This document shows, piece by piece, positions 10,990 through 20,973 of a stretch of 64,000 nt of DNA. The stretch is from an uncultured Burkholderiales bacterium (GTDB taxonomy: Bacteria > Pseudomonadota > Gammaproteobacteria > Burkholderiales > Eutrophovitaceae): positions 12,859 through 76,858 of the forward strand of contig CAWUVH010000001.1 of assembly GCA_963925895.1 (NCBI GenBank), read 5' to 3'. The stretch's first letter is position 1. Every line of letters begins with the position of its first letter. The notes under the pieces were generated by a model. The model had not been told where the DNA came from, did not search any database, and saw nothing but the letters and a program-made list of their open reading frames with translations. The position numbers and the translations under genes are program-made.

Positions 10990-11868
10990 TTGAGCTTACA
11001 GCTTTTACGTTACTCAATCGCCACAGACTTAGTTTTACTTAATGGATATCTTGTTTTGCCTGTTGACCACTACGAAAATTTTCCCATCGCCTCGATAATA
11101 CTACCCAAACATTTAAGGGCGCCCATCGAAACTATATATAACTTTGCTCGATCGGCAGATGATATAGCGGACTCCCTTGAACTACCTGCCACGTTCAAAC
11201 AAGAACGATTGGGGTTTTTCCGTGAAGAACTTCAGAGAATTCAGTCAAGCCATTCGCCACTCACTCCACTCTTTTCAGAACTCGGCTTATTGATCGCACA
11301 ACACAATCTGCCTATAACCTTATTTTTTCAATTGCTGGATGCTTTTGAGCAGGATCTCACTATCAAACGATACGAAAACTTTGCACAGCTTAGGATGTAC
11401 TGCGATCGATCAGCAAACCCAGTCGGTCGTATTTTGCTGCACTTGTTTGGCCATGCTCAGGATGACAATCTTAAGTGGTCAGACTCAATTTGCACCAGTC
11501 TTCAAATCATCAACTTTCTCCAAGATATTACAGATGACTATGAGATGGGGCGCATCTATCTGCCTCAAGACGAAATGGACTCCTTTGGCGTCACTGAGCA
11601 CCACATCAAAAACAAAGTGTTTGATCTGAATTGGTTAAATTTTATGGACTTTCAAATTAACCGAGCGCGTCAATACCTCGATGACGGATCCGCACTCTAC
11701 GATAAACTACCCGGCAGAATGGGTATCGAAATAAAAACAATCGTCAAATCGGGGTTACAGGTGACCAAGAAACTCTCGGCTTCTCGGGGCAATGTTTTCG
11801 CTAAGACACATAAAATCAACTCATTAGACTTTGCTTGCATTTTATTCCAAACCATTTTTCGTAACTAA
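10990..11868 (+). CDS. hpnC: squalene/phytoene synthase family protein, HpnC-type (hydroxysqualene synthase)
   Basis: DHYENFPIAS N-terminal motif and Asp-rich motifs ARSADDIAD and DITDDYEMGRIYLPQDE. The ORF-track start is a TTG. A TTG at 11056 (MPVDHYENFP) is an equally plausible start. Confidence 0.8.
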   Translation: MSLQLLRYSIATDLVLLNGYLVLPVDHYENFPIASIILPKHLRAPIETIYNFARSADDIADSLELPATFKQERLGFFREELQRIQSSHSPLTPLFSELGLLIAQHNLPITLFFQLLDAFEQDLTIKRYENFAQLRMYCDRSANPVGRILLHLFGHAQDDNLKWSDSICTSLQIINFLQDITDDYEMGRIYLPQDEMDSFGVTEHHIKNKVFDLNWLNFMDFQINRARQYLDDGSALYDKLPGRMGIEIKTIVKSGLQVTKKLSASRGNVFAKTHKINSLDFACILFQTIFRN

Positions 11869-12701
11869 TGACACCTCAAGAGTATTGCGCCCAAAAAACT
11901 GCCCAGAGTGGATCCAGCTTTTACTATAGCTTCTTATTTCTCGAGAAAAATAAACGCGATGCCATTACCGCTCTCTATGCGTTTTGCCGAGAGGTGGACG
12001 ACATTGTAGATGGGCCATCCGATGAACACGTCGCCAGATCAAAGTTAAGTTGGTGGAGTCACGAGATCGATGCCATGTGGTCAGGCTCACCCCTACACCC
12101 AGTCACTCAGGCGCTCTGCCCCTTTATAGAGCCCTATAAACTGGAGAAAAAACATTTCAAGCTCATTATCGATGGAATGTTGATGGACCTTGAAAAAAAA
12201 CAATATGAAACCATGTATGAGCTAACCCAATACTGTTATCGATCCGCAAGTGCTGTTGGCATCCTCTCAGCAAATATTTTCGGCTACTCCCACCCAAACA
12301 CACTGATCTATGCTGAGCAATTAGGGCTTGCGCTTCAGCTAACGAATATTCTGCGAGACATCAACGAAGACCTTGAGCGAGGTAGGATATACATACCACT
12401 CGAAGAGCTGAGAAAGGTAGGACTTAAAAGAGAGACAATTCGTAGTGCTGTAGGAACGCAATCCTTCGATCAGTTAATCACGAACCAAGTCAAAACAGCT
12501 CGTGAGCTTTTCGAGTCTGCGCATTCACATTTACATGCAGACGACCGGAAATCCCAAAAAGCCGGATTAATCATGAGTGCCATATATCGTAAAGTTCTCG
12601 AAAAAATTGCTTCTAAACCCTCTCGTTCATTTATTAAACGCCAAACGCTGACATCAATTCAAAAATTTTGGATTGCGTGGAGGGTTTGGTCAAAGTTATA
12701 A
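11868..12701 (+). CDS. hpnD: presqualene diphosphate synthase, HpnD-type
   Basis: 277 aa. SSFYYSF, CREVDDIVD and LRDINEDLERGRIYIPLEE motifs. The start codon overlaps the hpnC stop (TAATG). Confidence 0.85.
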   Translation: MTPQEYCAQKTAQSGSSFYYSFLFLEKNKRDAITALYAFCREVDDIVDGPSDEHVARSKLSWWSHEIDAMWSGSPLHPVTQALCPFIEPYKLEKKHFKLIIDGMLMDLEKKQYETMYELTQYCYRSASAVGILSANIFGYSHPNTLIYAEQLGLALQLTNILRDINEDLERGRIYIPLEELRKVGLKRETIRSAVGTQSFDQLITNQVKTARELFESAHSHLHADDRKSQKAGLIMSAIYRKVLEKIASKPSRSFIKRQTLTSIQKFWIAWRVWSKL

Positions 12702-12704
12702 GGG

Positions 12705-13991
12705 ATGCCCTCTATCAACGTTGCCGTTATTGGAGCTGGCTGGGCTGGACTCTCAGCCGGGGTCACTTTGGTGGATGCCGGCATACCGACGACACTGTTT
12801 GAGACGTCACGCGTCCTAGGAGGCCGTGCTCGACAGGTCATTATTAACGAGACAATACTCGATAACGGCATACACCTATTATCAGGCGCCTACACCGCAA
12901 CACTATCAATTCTAAATCACATCCGAACACCGCTCGAAACTCTTGATTTAGATCGCCAGCCTTTTAAATACGCCTACGGCCCACTAAGAATAAGCACGCC
13001 ATGCACGCCAATACCAGGAAAACAGTTACTCGGATTCTTATTTGCTCGCGGACTAAGCCTGACCGAAAAACTTAGAGCCCTTAAGTTTTTGAAGCTTATT
13101 AAAGATGGGGCGCTGATAGTGCATCCATCCGAATCGGCACACCAACTCCTCTTGCGTCACGAACAAACAAATACCTTGATAGAGCTTCTGTGGAATCCAA
13201 TTTGCCTCTCAGCACTGAATATTAACTGTGAACGCGGATGCGCTTCAGTATTCACCAACGTAATTTCAGATGCCTTACTTGGGTCCAAAAGAAGTAGTGA
13301 TTTGTTATTCCCCACCAGTGACCTAACATCTCTTTTTGCATCGCGAGCAGGGAGATACATACAAAAACACAAGGGAATACTCCATTTAGGGCACAGAGCA
13401 AAAATTATTCAGGGCACGAATAACGAATTAAAATTAGAAGACTCGAATGAATCGTTTTCTCATATTGTGGTTGCAACTTCTCCCCATAATTTAAAAACTA
13501 CATTCACAGAACCATCAATGATTCAATCCACCATCGACCAAATCGATCAATTTACGTATGAGCCCATATACACCATTTACCATCAATACAAAAAAGACTC
13601 ATCAACTGGTGATCGAATGATTGGGCTCAACTCACCCTACGCTCATTGGGTGTTTGATCGAGGGATCACCCACCAAGATTTAGGGCTCATTGGCGCTGTC
13701 ATCAGTGGGGCAGGCCCACACCAAAACTTAACAAATGAGAAATTATCCATTGAATCCGCAAAAGTTCTTGATGATGAATTCGGCTTGGGAACCCCCTTAT
13801 GGAGCAAAGTGCTCGCTGAAAAACGCGCCACATTCTCTTGCACTCCGGGACTTCAACGACCTGCGCAAATAACCGAAAAAAATGGCATTATTCTCGCAGG
13901 CGACTACACCTATCGACGCTATCCCGCTACCCTTGAAGCCGCAGTTCGAAGCGGCATCGAGGCTTCAAACATTATCCTTAGGTCATTATGA
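12705..13991 (+). CDS. hpnE: FAD-dependent amine-oxidase-family protein, HpnE-type (hydroxysqualene dehydroxylase)
   Basis: 428 aa. Dinucleotide-binding VAVIGAGWAGLSAG…E…LGGRA, and the position immediately after the tandem hpnC/hpnD pair. Confidence 0.8.
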   Translation: MPSINVAVIGAGWAGLSAGVTLVDAGIPTTLFETSRVLGGRARQVIINETILDNGIHLLSGAYTATLSILNHIRTPLETLDLDRQPFKYAYGPLRISTPCTPIPGKQLLGFLFARGLSLTEKLRALKFLKLIKDGALIVHPSESAHQLLLRHEQTNTLIELLWNPICLSALNINCERGCASVFTNVISDALLGSKRSSDLLFPTSDLTSLFASRAGRYIQKHKGILHLGHRAKIIQGTNNELKLEDSNESFSHIVVATSPHNLKTTFTEPSMIQSTIDQIDQFTYEPIYTIYHQYKKDSSTGDRMIGLNSPYAHWVFDRGITHQDLGLIGAVISGAGPHQNLTNEKLSIESAKVLDDEFGLGTPLWSKVLAEKRATFSCTPGLQRPAQITEKNGIILAGDYTYRRYPATLEAAVRSGIEASNIILRSL

Positions 13992-14740
13992 AATCTTTAA
14001 TTGAAACACTTGAAAACGGAATCCGATTAGACGGAAAAACAATTCTAATTACAGGCGCCTCCAGCGGCGTTGGACGCGCCCTAGCACTCGCATGCGCCGA
14101 TGTTGGTGCAACTGTATTGTTGAGCGGCAGAAACGTGAACGCCCTCAATGAAGTGTATGACCTCATTCAGTCAAAAGGTAATCCCAGGCCGGCCATATTA
14201 GAACTCGATCTCTGTAAAGCAACGGAAGTAGAAATTGGGAATGTCACTCAAGTCATCAAAACAAATATCGGCGCCCTTCATGGATTTGTCCATTGCGCAA
14301 CCCACATTACTGAGCTAGGGCCAATCCGACACTTAGGACTTGCTGAATGGCAAGATCTGCTTAAAGTCAATGTCATTGCGCCCGCACTTTTGATTAGAGC
14401 CTGCGAACCCCTATTCGAAGCCTCCGGATCTGGATCAGTCGTGCTCACATCGGACAATCATGCACTATCCCTCGATGCATACTGGGGTGGTTATGCCATA
14501 TCAAAATCAGCTCTCAATGCTTACGCAACATTACAATCGAACGAGTGGAAAGATGAAAGGCCATATAGAGTCAATATCATCACACCTGGCCCCATTAACT
14601 CCCCGTTACGATCAAAAACACACCCCGGCGAAGATCGCAACCTTCTGCGGCCAATAGATTCTTTATTGCCAACCTATATTTATCTACTGAGTGACTCAAG
14701 CATTCATACGAATGGCGAAAACTTTAGTTACTCACCTTGA
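13988..14740 (+). CDS. short-chain dehydrogenase/reductase, YciK-like
   Basis: 250 aa. TILITGASSGVGRA Rossmann motif and YAISKSAL catalytic motif. There is a 4-nt ATGA overlap with hpnE. Confidence 0.8.
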   Translation: MKSLIETLENGIRLDGKTILITGASSGVGRALALACADVGATVLLSGRNVNALNEVYDLIQSKGNPRPAILELDLCKATEVEIGNVTQVIKTNIGALHGFVHCATHITELGPIRHLGLAEWQDLLKVNVIAPALLIRACEPLFEASGSGSVVLTSDNHALSLDAYWGGYAISKSALNAYATLQSNEWKDERPYRVNIITPGPINSPLRSKTHPGEDRNLLRPIDSLLPTYIYLLSDSSIHTNGENFSYSP

Positions 14741-15153
14741 ATGACAGCACGAAACCAATCGGGCACCGGTCTGGACTTTCCCGCAACAATATCAGCCCAG
14801 ACCAAAATGGCTTCGGCCTCAGCAAAAATCTCTGATTCATCACTACAGTTAAACAGTTGGTGATACATAGCAAAACTACTTTTACTCAATCTTCCAACGT
14901 AACTCGTGACAGAGAAAGTAGCGGGGTAAACTGCAGACTTAATATATCGACACGTGATTGTTCCTAGAATCGGCCCATCTGACTTCGACGTGTAATCAAT
15001 CTCTAAGTCATTAAACCAAGCAACGCGAGACTCCTCAAAGTATCTTAAGTAGGCAACATTGTTCATGTGCGCGAGACTATCCATCTCTCCCCAACGCATA
15101 CTCATACGATCAGTTCGAACTAGTCTCATCGAATCTTTTAAAGATGCATCCAT
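14728..15153 (-). CDS. hotdog-fold acyl-CoA thioesterase (4HBT/YbgC-like)
   Basis: 141 aa. VRWGEMDSLAHMNNVAYLRYFEE is typical of the 4HBT family. It converges on the SDR gene with a 13-nt overlap. Confidence 0.75.
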   Translation of the reverse strand: MDASLKDSMRLVRTDRMSMRWGEMDSLAHMNNVAYLRYFEESRVAWFNDLEIDYTSKSDGPILGTITCRYIKSAVYPATFSVTSYVGRLSKSSFAMYHQLFNCSDESEIFAEAEAILVWADIVAGKSRPVPDWFRAVIQGE

Positions 15154-15261
15154 TTTTTATATCTCTATTAGGCTGAAAATATGTCATAAATGAATTAACA
15201 TTTACGAACCTGAATATAACAGACATAATCAGGGTAATCCCTGAGATCGTAGGAGCTAGTT

Positions 15262-16890
15262 TTGTCAGATCGAGAGTCAATGGAGTACGACGTTGTTATT
15301 GTTGGCGCAGGACCCGCAGGGTTAGCGTGCGCGATTAAGCTCAAACAGTTGGCAAATAATTCCGGGAATGACCTAACGGTCTGCATTGTTGAAAAAGGTT
15401 CGGAGGTTGGCGCGCATACTTTATCGGGCGCAGTAATTGAAACTCGGGCGCTAGATGAACTCATACCTGATTGGAAAAACTTAGGAGCGCCTCTAAATAC
15501 CCCAGTCACCGAAGATCGTCTTCTGTATTTAACAGCATCGAAATCCTATTCTTTACCGACTCCCTCGTATATGAATAACCACGGTAACTATATCGTGAGT
15601 TTAGGCAATGTCGTACGTTGGCTCGGAGAACAAGCCGAAGGATTAGGTGTTGAAATTTATCCAGGCTTTGCGGCCACCGAGATACTTTTTAACGATGATG
15701 GTTCAGTCAAAGGAATCGCAACTGGGGACATGGGTGTTGGAAAAGATGGGGAACATACCGATGGGTACCAACAAGGTATGGAGCTTCACGCAAAGCAAAC
15801 GGTCTTCGCAGAAGGGTGTCGCGGATCATTGACCAAAGCAGCTATAGAAAGATTCGATCTTCGAAAAGGTGTGGAACCACAGACCTACGGTATTGGCATC
15901 AAAGAACTCTGGGAGGTATCCCCAGAAAACCACCAAGAGGGCCTCGTCATACACTCCACGGGATGGCCTCTTGATTACCAAACATACGGCGGATCATTTT
16001 TATATCATCTCGAAAATAACCAAGTTGCAGTCGGATTCGTCGTTGGGCTCGATTACAAGAATCCATATTTATCCCCCTTTGATGAGTTTCAGCGATTTAA
16101 AACGCACCCGGATATCTGTAAAACTTTTGAAGGAGGTCGACGAACCTCCTATGGTGCTAGAGCAATCTCAGAGGGTGGGTTCCAGTCAATTCCTCGACTC
16201 TCATTTCCTGGTGGACTTCTCATCGGAGATGCTGCTGGTTTTCTGAACGTACCCAAAATAAAAGGTTCTCATACCGCCATGAAGTCCGGCATAGTTGCTG
16301 CCGAGTCTCTCTTTAACGCCATGAGCACACCTGATGCTAGAGCGACTCTGGATTACACTTATCGATTATCAAAATCATGGTTATGGGCAGAACTCAAAAC
16401 CGTTCGAAATATCCGGCCTTCATTCAGGTGGGGGTTCTGGATTGGTATGCTCTACTCTGCGATTGACACATACATCCTCCGTGGAAAAGCACCTTGGACA
16501 ATTAAGCATCATGAAGACCACAAACAGCTGATTCCAGCCAGAAAAGCGAAACAAATAAAATACCCAAAGCCAGATGGCATATTAACTTTTGATCGATTGA
16601 CCTCAGTGTTTATTTCGAATACCAACCACGAGGAAAACCAAAGATGTCATTTGCAACTAAAAAATGAGTCGACACCGATCACAATTAACTTAGCCGAATA
16701 TGATGCTCCAGAGCAACGCTACTGTCCGGCTGGCGTATACGAAATTATTACCGAGCAGAACATCCCAAAACTACAAATCAACGCACAAAACTGCGTTCAC
16801 TGCAAAACGTGCGACATCAAAGACCCTACGCAGAATATTAACTGGATCCCACCAGAAGGTAGTGGTGGGCCCAATTATCCAAACATGTAG
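15262..16890 (+). CDS. electron-transfer flavoprotein:ubiquinone oxidoreductase (ETF-QO)
   Basis: 542 aa. [16 protein letters not shown] motif and C-terminal 4Fe-4S motif CPAGVYE…[16 protein letters not shown] start with AGGAG (15251-15255) 6 nt upstream. Confidence 0.92.
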   Translation: MSDRESMEYDVVIVGAGPAGLACAIKLKQLANNSGNDLTVCIVEKGSEVGAHTLSGAVIETRALDELIPDWKNLGAPLNTPVTEDRLLYLTASKSYSLPTPSYMNNHGNYIVSLGNVVRWLGEQAEGLGVEIYPGFAATEILFNDDGSVKGIATGDMGVGKDGEHTDGYQQGMELHAKQTVFAEGCRGSLTKAAIERFDLRKGVEPQTYGIGIKELWEVSPENHQEGLVIHSTGWPLDYQTYGGSFLYHLENNQVAVGFVVGLDYKNPYLSPFDEFQRFKTHPDICKTFEGGRRTSYGARAISEGGFQSIPRLSFPGGLLIGDAAGFLNVPKIKGSHTAMKSGIVAAESLFNAMSTPDARATLDYTYRLSKSWLWAELKTVRNIRPSFRWGFWIGMLYSAIDTYILRGKAPWTIKHHEDHKQLIPARKAKQIKYPKPDGILTFDRLTSVFISNTNHEENQRCHLQLKNESTPITINLAEYDAPEQRYCPAGVYEIITEQNIPKLQINAQNCVHCKTCDIKDPTQNINWIPPEGSGGPNYPNM

Positions 16891-16961
16891 ATTGATCCCG
16901 CAGCAGTCAAACCCAAATCGAATGACACCAGCGTAGGAGATGGGTGGTTAAGGCTTGAACG

Positions 16962-17360
16962 TCAACTTTGCTGTATTGCACGAGGCTTACGATCATCATC
17001 AACAGCAACGTAAGTGAGTGTTGCATCTGTGACTTTCACAGTTTCGCCCAAGGATCGCCTCTGAGCATAAACCTCAACATCAACCGTAATCGACGTTTTT
17101 CCAACCTTAGAAATTGATGCATAAAAACTAACCAAATCACCAATATAAACTGGTTGCTTAAACAAAAAGGTGTTCACTGCAATCGTCACGATTCTTCCCT
17201 TAGCCAAGAGTGCCGCCGGAATACTTCCCGCGATATCAACTTGCGACATGATCCAACCGCCAAAAATATCGCCACTGTAATTAGCGTCAGAGGGCATAGG
17301 CACCACTCGCAACGTCGGATCCCGGCCCACTGGCAACACTTTGTCTGCGTTAATACCCAT
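16962..17360 (-). CDS. acyl-CoA thioesterase, YciA-like hotdog fold
   Basis: 132 aa. MPSDANYSGDIFGGWIMSQVDIAG closely matches the YciA N-terminal signature. Confidence 0.8.
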   Translation of the reverse strand: MGINADKVLPVGRDPTLRVVPMPSDANYSGDIFGGWIMSQVDIAGSIPAALLAKGRIVTIAVNTFLFKQPVYIGDLVSFYASISKVGKTSITVDVEVYAQRRSLGETVKVTDATLTYVAVDDDRKPRAIQQS

Positions 17361-19156
17361 CAGAAGTAGGACTCATCAAGAGCCACAATTGTTTTATGAC
17401 CTGCTACGACTTGGTCTTTGAGTACACCGGATAATGGCAGTATGTTCTCTGCGTAAAAGCGGCTAGTCGCAAGTTTGCTTCTATAAAACTTTGCATTTGA
17501 ACTCCCCGCATCTAATCCCTTCTTCGCGATAATTGCAGAACGCACAAGCATCCATCCTCCAGCAACAGTACCGAAGAGTTTCAGCAGGGGTACGGATCCC
17601 GCAGAAGCTGTCTGCGGATCCTTAGAGTAAGTTTCAACCACCCAACGCACTGACTCTTCAAGAGCCTCCACGGAAATTTCAAATTTATCTCTCATCACGG
17701 ATAAACCAGAATGATCCTTAAATGCATCAAGATCCTGCAGCGTTTGACGCATAAAACCGATCAATTGAAACGCAGTTACCCCATGCTCTGACGCGACTTT
17801 ACGACCAATTAAATCGTTCGCCTGAATCCCAGTTGTACCCTCATATATTGGTGTAATTCTTGCGTCACGCAGATACTGAGCCGCACCTGTTTCTTCAATA
17901 AATCCCATTCCCCCATGAACCTGCACCCCCATGGAAGTAATCTCAATCGACTGCTCAGTACACCACCCTTTGACAACAGGAGTCAAAAGGTCAAAAAGAC
18001 TCTGATAATTCGCTCTCTCTGCCTCATCCGCATGGTGCAGCGCCCGATCCAGATAAGAACAAGTTTGAAGCGCTACCGCACGCATCGCTTCTACTTGAGA
18101 TTTCATAGTAAGGAGCATTCGTCTCACGTCTGGATGATGGATGATCGAAACGCGCTCCCCAGAGCCAGCACCGATACTCCGTCCTTGTATACGACCTTTA
18201 GCGAATTCAGCGGCACGCTGATAAGAACGCTCAGAGATCGCAACACCTTCAATCCCAACTTCCAAACGTGCGAAATTCATCATCGTGAACATGTACTGTA
18301 GCCCACGATTCTCTTCTCCAACAAGGTATCCGATAGCCCCATCATCATCGCCGAAAGCCATGACGCAAGTTGGACTTGCGTGAATTCCAAGCTTTTCTTC
18401 GATAGACACGCACTTCACATCATTTCTTGGACCAATTGAACCATCAGCATTTACCAAGAATTTGGGAACAACGAACAAGGAGATCCCTTTAACCCCTTCA
18501 GGGGCATCAGGGGTACGGGCAAGAACAAGATGGACGATATTGTCTGCCATCGTGTGTTCTCCCCACGTAATATAAATTTTTGTACCAAAAATTCGGTACT
18601 GATCCCCCTCCGGGATCGCTTTTGCACGAACAGCTGACAAATCAGAACCTGCTTGCGGTTCTGTCAGATTCATAGTTCCAGACCACTCACTACTGACTAG
18701 TTTCTTTAGGAAAATCTCCTTCAACTCATCTGATCCGTGTCTTTTAATCGCTTGAATTGCTCCTGCTGTCAGCATAGGACATAACGCAAATGACATGCAT
18801 GAAGAGTTCCACATCTCGGCTGTGAGAGCCTGGATTATATGAGGTAATCCTTGCCCACCCCATTCGGGATCATTCGCAAGTCCACCCCAGCCACCATCAG
18901 AAAATTGTTTATAAGCCGCCGAAAAACCTGTCGCAGGGGTTACGACGTGGTTCTCAAGTTTTGCCCCTTCCCGATCACCAGGCCAATTTAGGGGGTCCAG
19001 CACACCAGTGGCGAACTTACCTGCCTCCTCAATGATAGAGCTCACTAAATCGGCGTTAATCTCTTCGTTACCAGGTAACGCTTGTATCGGTTCTAAACCG
19101 ACAAGCTCGTTGACAACAAACTCCATGTCATCTGCAGGGGCTTGATAGACGGACAT
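17360..19156 (-). CDS. long acyl-CoA dehydrogenase (about 600 aa class with a C-terminal extension)
   Basis: 598 aa. ACAD middle and C-terminal motifs (LTEPQAGSD, YEGTTGIQ), located next to etfAB. Confidence 0.88.
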   Translation of the reverse strand: MSVYQAPADDMEFVVNELVGLEPIQALPGNEEINADLVSSIIEEAGKFATGVLDPLNWPGDREGAKLENHVVTPATGFSAAYKQFSDGGWGGLANDPEWGGQGLPHIIQALTAEMWNSSCMSFALCPMLTAGAIQAIKRHGSDELKEIFLKKLVSSEWSGTMNLTEPQAGSDLSAVRAKAIPEGDQYRIFGTKIYITWGEHTMADNIVHLVLARTPDAPEGVKGISLFVVPKFLVNADGSIGPRNDVKCVSIEEKLGIHASPTCVMAFGDDDGAIGYLVGEENRGLQYMFTMMNFARLEVGIEGVAISERSYQRAAEFAKGRIQGRSIGAGSGERVSIIHHPDVRRMLLTMKSQVEAMRAVALQTCSYLDRALHHADEAERANYQSLFDLLTPVVKGWCTEQSIEITSMGVQVHGGMGFIEETGAAQYLRDARITPIYEGTTGIQANDLIGRKVASEHGVTAFQLIGFMRQTLQDLDAFKDHSGLSVMRDKFEISVEALEESVRWVVETYSKDPQTASAGSVPLLKLFGTVAGGWMLVRSAIIAKKGLDAGSSNAKFYRSKLATSRFYAENILPLSGVLKDQVVAGHKTIVALDESYF

Positions 19157-19191
19157 TAATACATTCCTTTACGAGTTTAAATGGAAGTCGG

Positions 19192-20124
19192 CTAAATTGA
19201 GTTGGTGAGCTTTGGGATAGCCTCGAATAAGTCTCCAACAAAACCGTAGTCGGCGACTTGGAAAATAGGTGCTTCCTCATCTTTATTGATTGCCACAATG
19301 ATCTTGCTATCTTTCATCCCCGCTAAATGCTGAATGGCTCCAGAAATACCAACTGCAATGTAGAGCTCTGGCGCAACTATTTTTCCCGTTTGCCCCACTT
19401 GGTAATCGTTTGGCACAAAGCCAGAATCAACAGCAGCCCGAGATGCTCCAACCGCAGCGCCTAATTTATCCGCAAGTGCTTCTAACAGTGCAAAATTTTC
19501 CGCGCTCCCCATACCTCGCCCTCCAGAAACGATGACTTTGGCAGCGGTCAACTCAGGTCTGGCCGACTTCGTCAACTCTTGACTTATTAACGAGCTCAAA
19601 TTTTTACTCGGCAGCACATCAATTGACTCAACGACCCCGTCCCCACCTTCAGAAGCACAAACATCAAATCCTGTTGTTCTAATCGTAATCACTTTGATCA
19701 CGTCCGATGTCACCACCGTTGCCAATGCGTTTCCAGCATAGATTGGCCTTATAAACGTGTCTTCGCTTTGAATTTCTACAACATCGGAAATTTGCGCCAC
19801 ATCAAGAAGTGCTGCAACTCGAGGCATCACATTTTTTCCAAAACTCGTAGCTGGAGCAAGGACGTGAGAATAATTACCAGCTACCGTCATCACAACATCA
19901 GCCACGTCTTCCACCAAACAGTTTTTAAGGGATTCGGCATCAGCTACCAATACTTTCGTAACACCTGATAGTTTTGATGCAGCCTCAGCGACTGACGCAC
20001 ACTCAAACCCAGCGACCAAGACATGCATCTCTTGGCCTAACTTTTGCCCAGCAGTGACTGTATTGAGCACGGCCCCTTTAATCACCGCGTTATCGTGTTC
20101 TGCAATAATCAGTGTGGCCATCAA
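19192..20124 (-). CDS. etfA: electron transfer flavoprotein subunit alpha
   Basis: 310 aa. C-terminal FAD-binding signature [19 protein letters not shown]. Confidence 0.93.
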   Translation of the reverse strand: MMATLIIAEHDNAVIKGAVLNTVTAGQKLGQEMHVLVAGFECASVAEAASKLSGVTKVLVADAESLKNCLVEDVADVVMTVAGNYSHVLAPATSFGKNVMPRVAALLDVAQISDVVEIQSEDTFIRPIYAGNALATVVTSDVIKVITIRTTGFDVCASEGGDGVVESIDVLPSKNLSSLISQELTKSARPELTAAKVIVSGGRGMGSAENFALLEALADKLGAAVGASRAAVDSGFVPNDYQVGQTGKIVAPELYIAVGISGAIQHLAGMKDSKIIVAINKDEEAPIFQVADYGFVGDLFEAIPKLTNSI

Positions 20125-20870
20125 ATCACCTTCGCTTCATTTTTAAGTTTATCCACTAGCTCTTCAATAGAACTAACCATTTGACCCGCACTTCGCTTTG
20201 CAGGTTCACTCACTTTGATCGTCTTCAATCTTGGAGTCATATCCACTCCTAGGTCCTCAGGCGTCACCTTATCTATGACTTTCTTCTTAGCCTTCATGAT
20301 ATTGGGCAACGTCACATATCTGGGCTCATTGAGCCTAAGGTCGGTTGTTATCACCGTGGGGAGCGTTACTTTAAGCGTTTCTAGTCCGCCATCAATCTCG
20401 CGCGTCACCAGCGCCACATCACCTTCGATCTCTACTTTGGACGCAAACGTAGCCTGCGACCAACCGAGCTTTGCTGCGAGCATTTGTCCCGTTTGATTGA
20501 AGTCATCATCAATAGCCTGTTTGCCCATGATGACTGCTCGTGGCGCTTCGTTATCAACCAATTTTGCAAGCACTTTAGCAACCCCCAAAGGTTGCGTTTC
20601 CTGATCCGTCTCAACATGGATCGCTCGATCTGCACCAAGCGCTAACGCCGTTCTAAGTGTCTCCTGGCATGTCGCCGGTCCTACAGACACTGCAATAATT
20701 TCGGTAACGAGGCCCGCCTCTTTGAGTCGCATCGCCTCTTCAACAGCAATTTCATCAAAAGGATTCATTGACATCTTAACGTTAGCGGTTTCGACTCCGC
20801 TTTGGTCTGCCTTAACCCTGATCTTGACGTTGTAGTCAACAACTCGCTTTACTGGAATTAAAACCTTCAT
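20121..20870 (-). CDS. etfB: electron transfer flavoprotein subunit beta
   Basis: Starts [19 protein letters not shown], with [11 protein letters not shown]. The ORF-track start at 20888 adds 6 residues. The gene directly abuts etfA. Confidence 0.93.
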   Translation of the reverse strand: MKVLIPVKRVVDYNVKIRVKADQSGVETANVKMSMNPFDEIAVEEAMRLKEAGLVTEIIAVSVGPATCQETLRTALALGADRAIHVETDQETQPLGVAKVLAKLVDNEAPRAVIMGKQAIDDDFNQTGQMLAAKLGWSQATFASKVEIEGDVALVTREIDGGLETLKVTLPTVITTDLRLNEPRYVTLPNIMKAKKKVIDKVTPEDLGVDMTPRLKTIKVSEPAKRSAGQMVSSIEELVDKLKNEAKVI

Positions 20871-20973
20871 TAAATTTAACCTTCTCACTTAAAAATTTAA
20901 ACACAAAAGCTATTTTACCGCACCGCACCAAGATCGTCTGATCCAAACTGGGCCATTCAATCGTTACTAATTA

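Noticed and set aside
15195-15509. 104-aa minus-strand ORF spanning the ETF-QO start
   Set aside because: It is antisense to the FAD-binding N-terminus of ETF-QO, with no RBS or recognisable motif.
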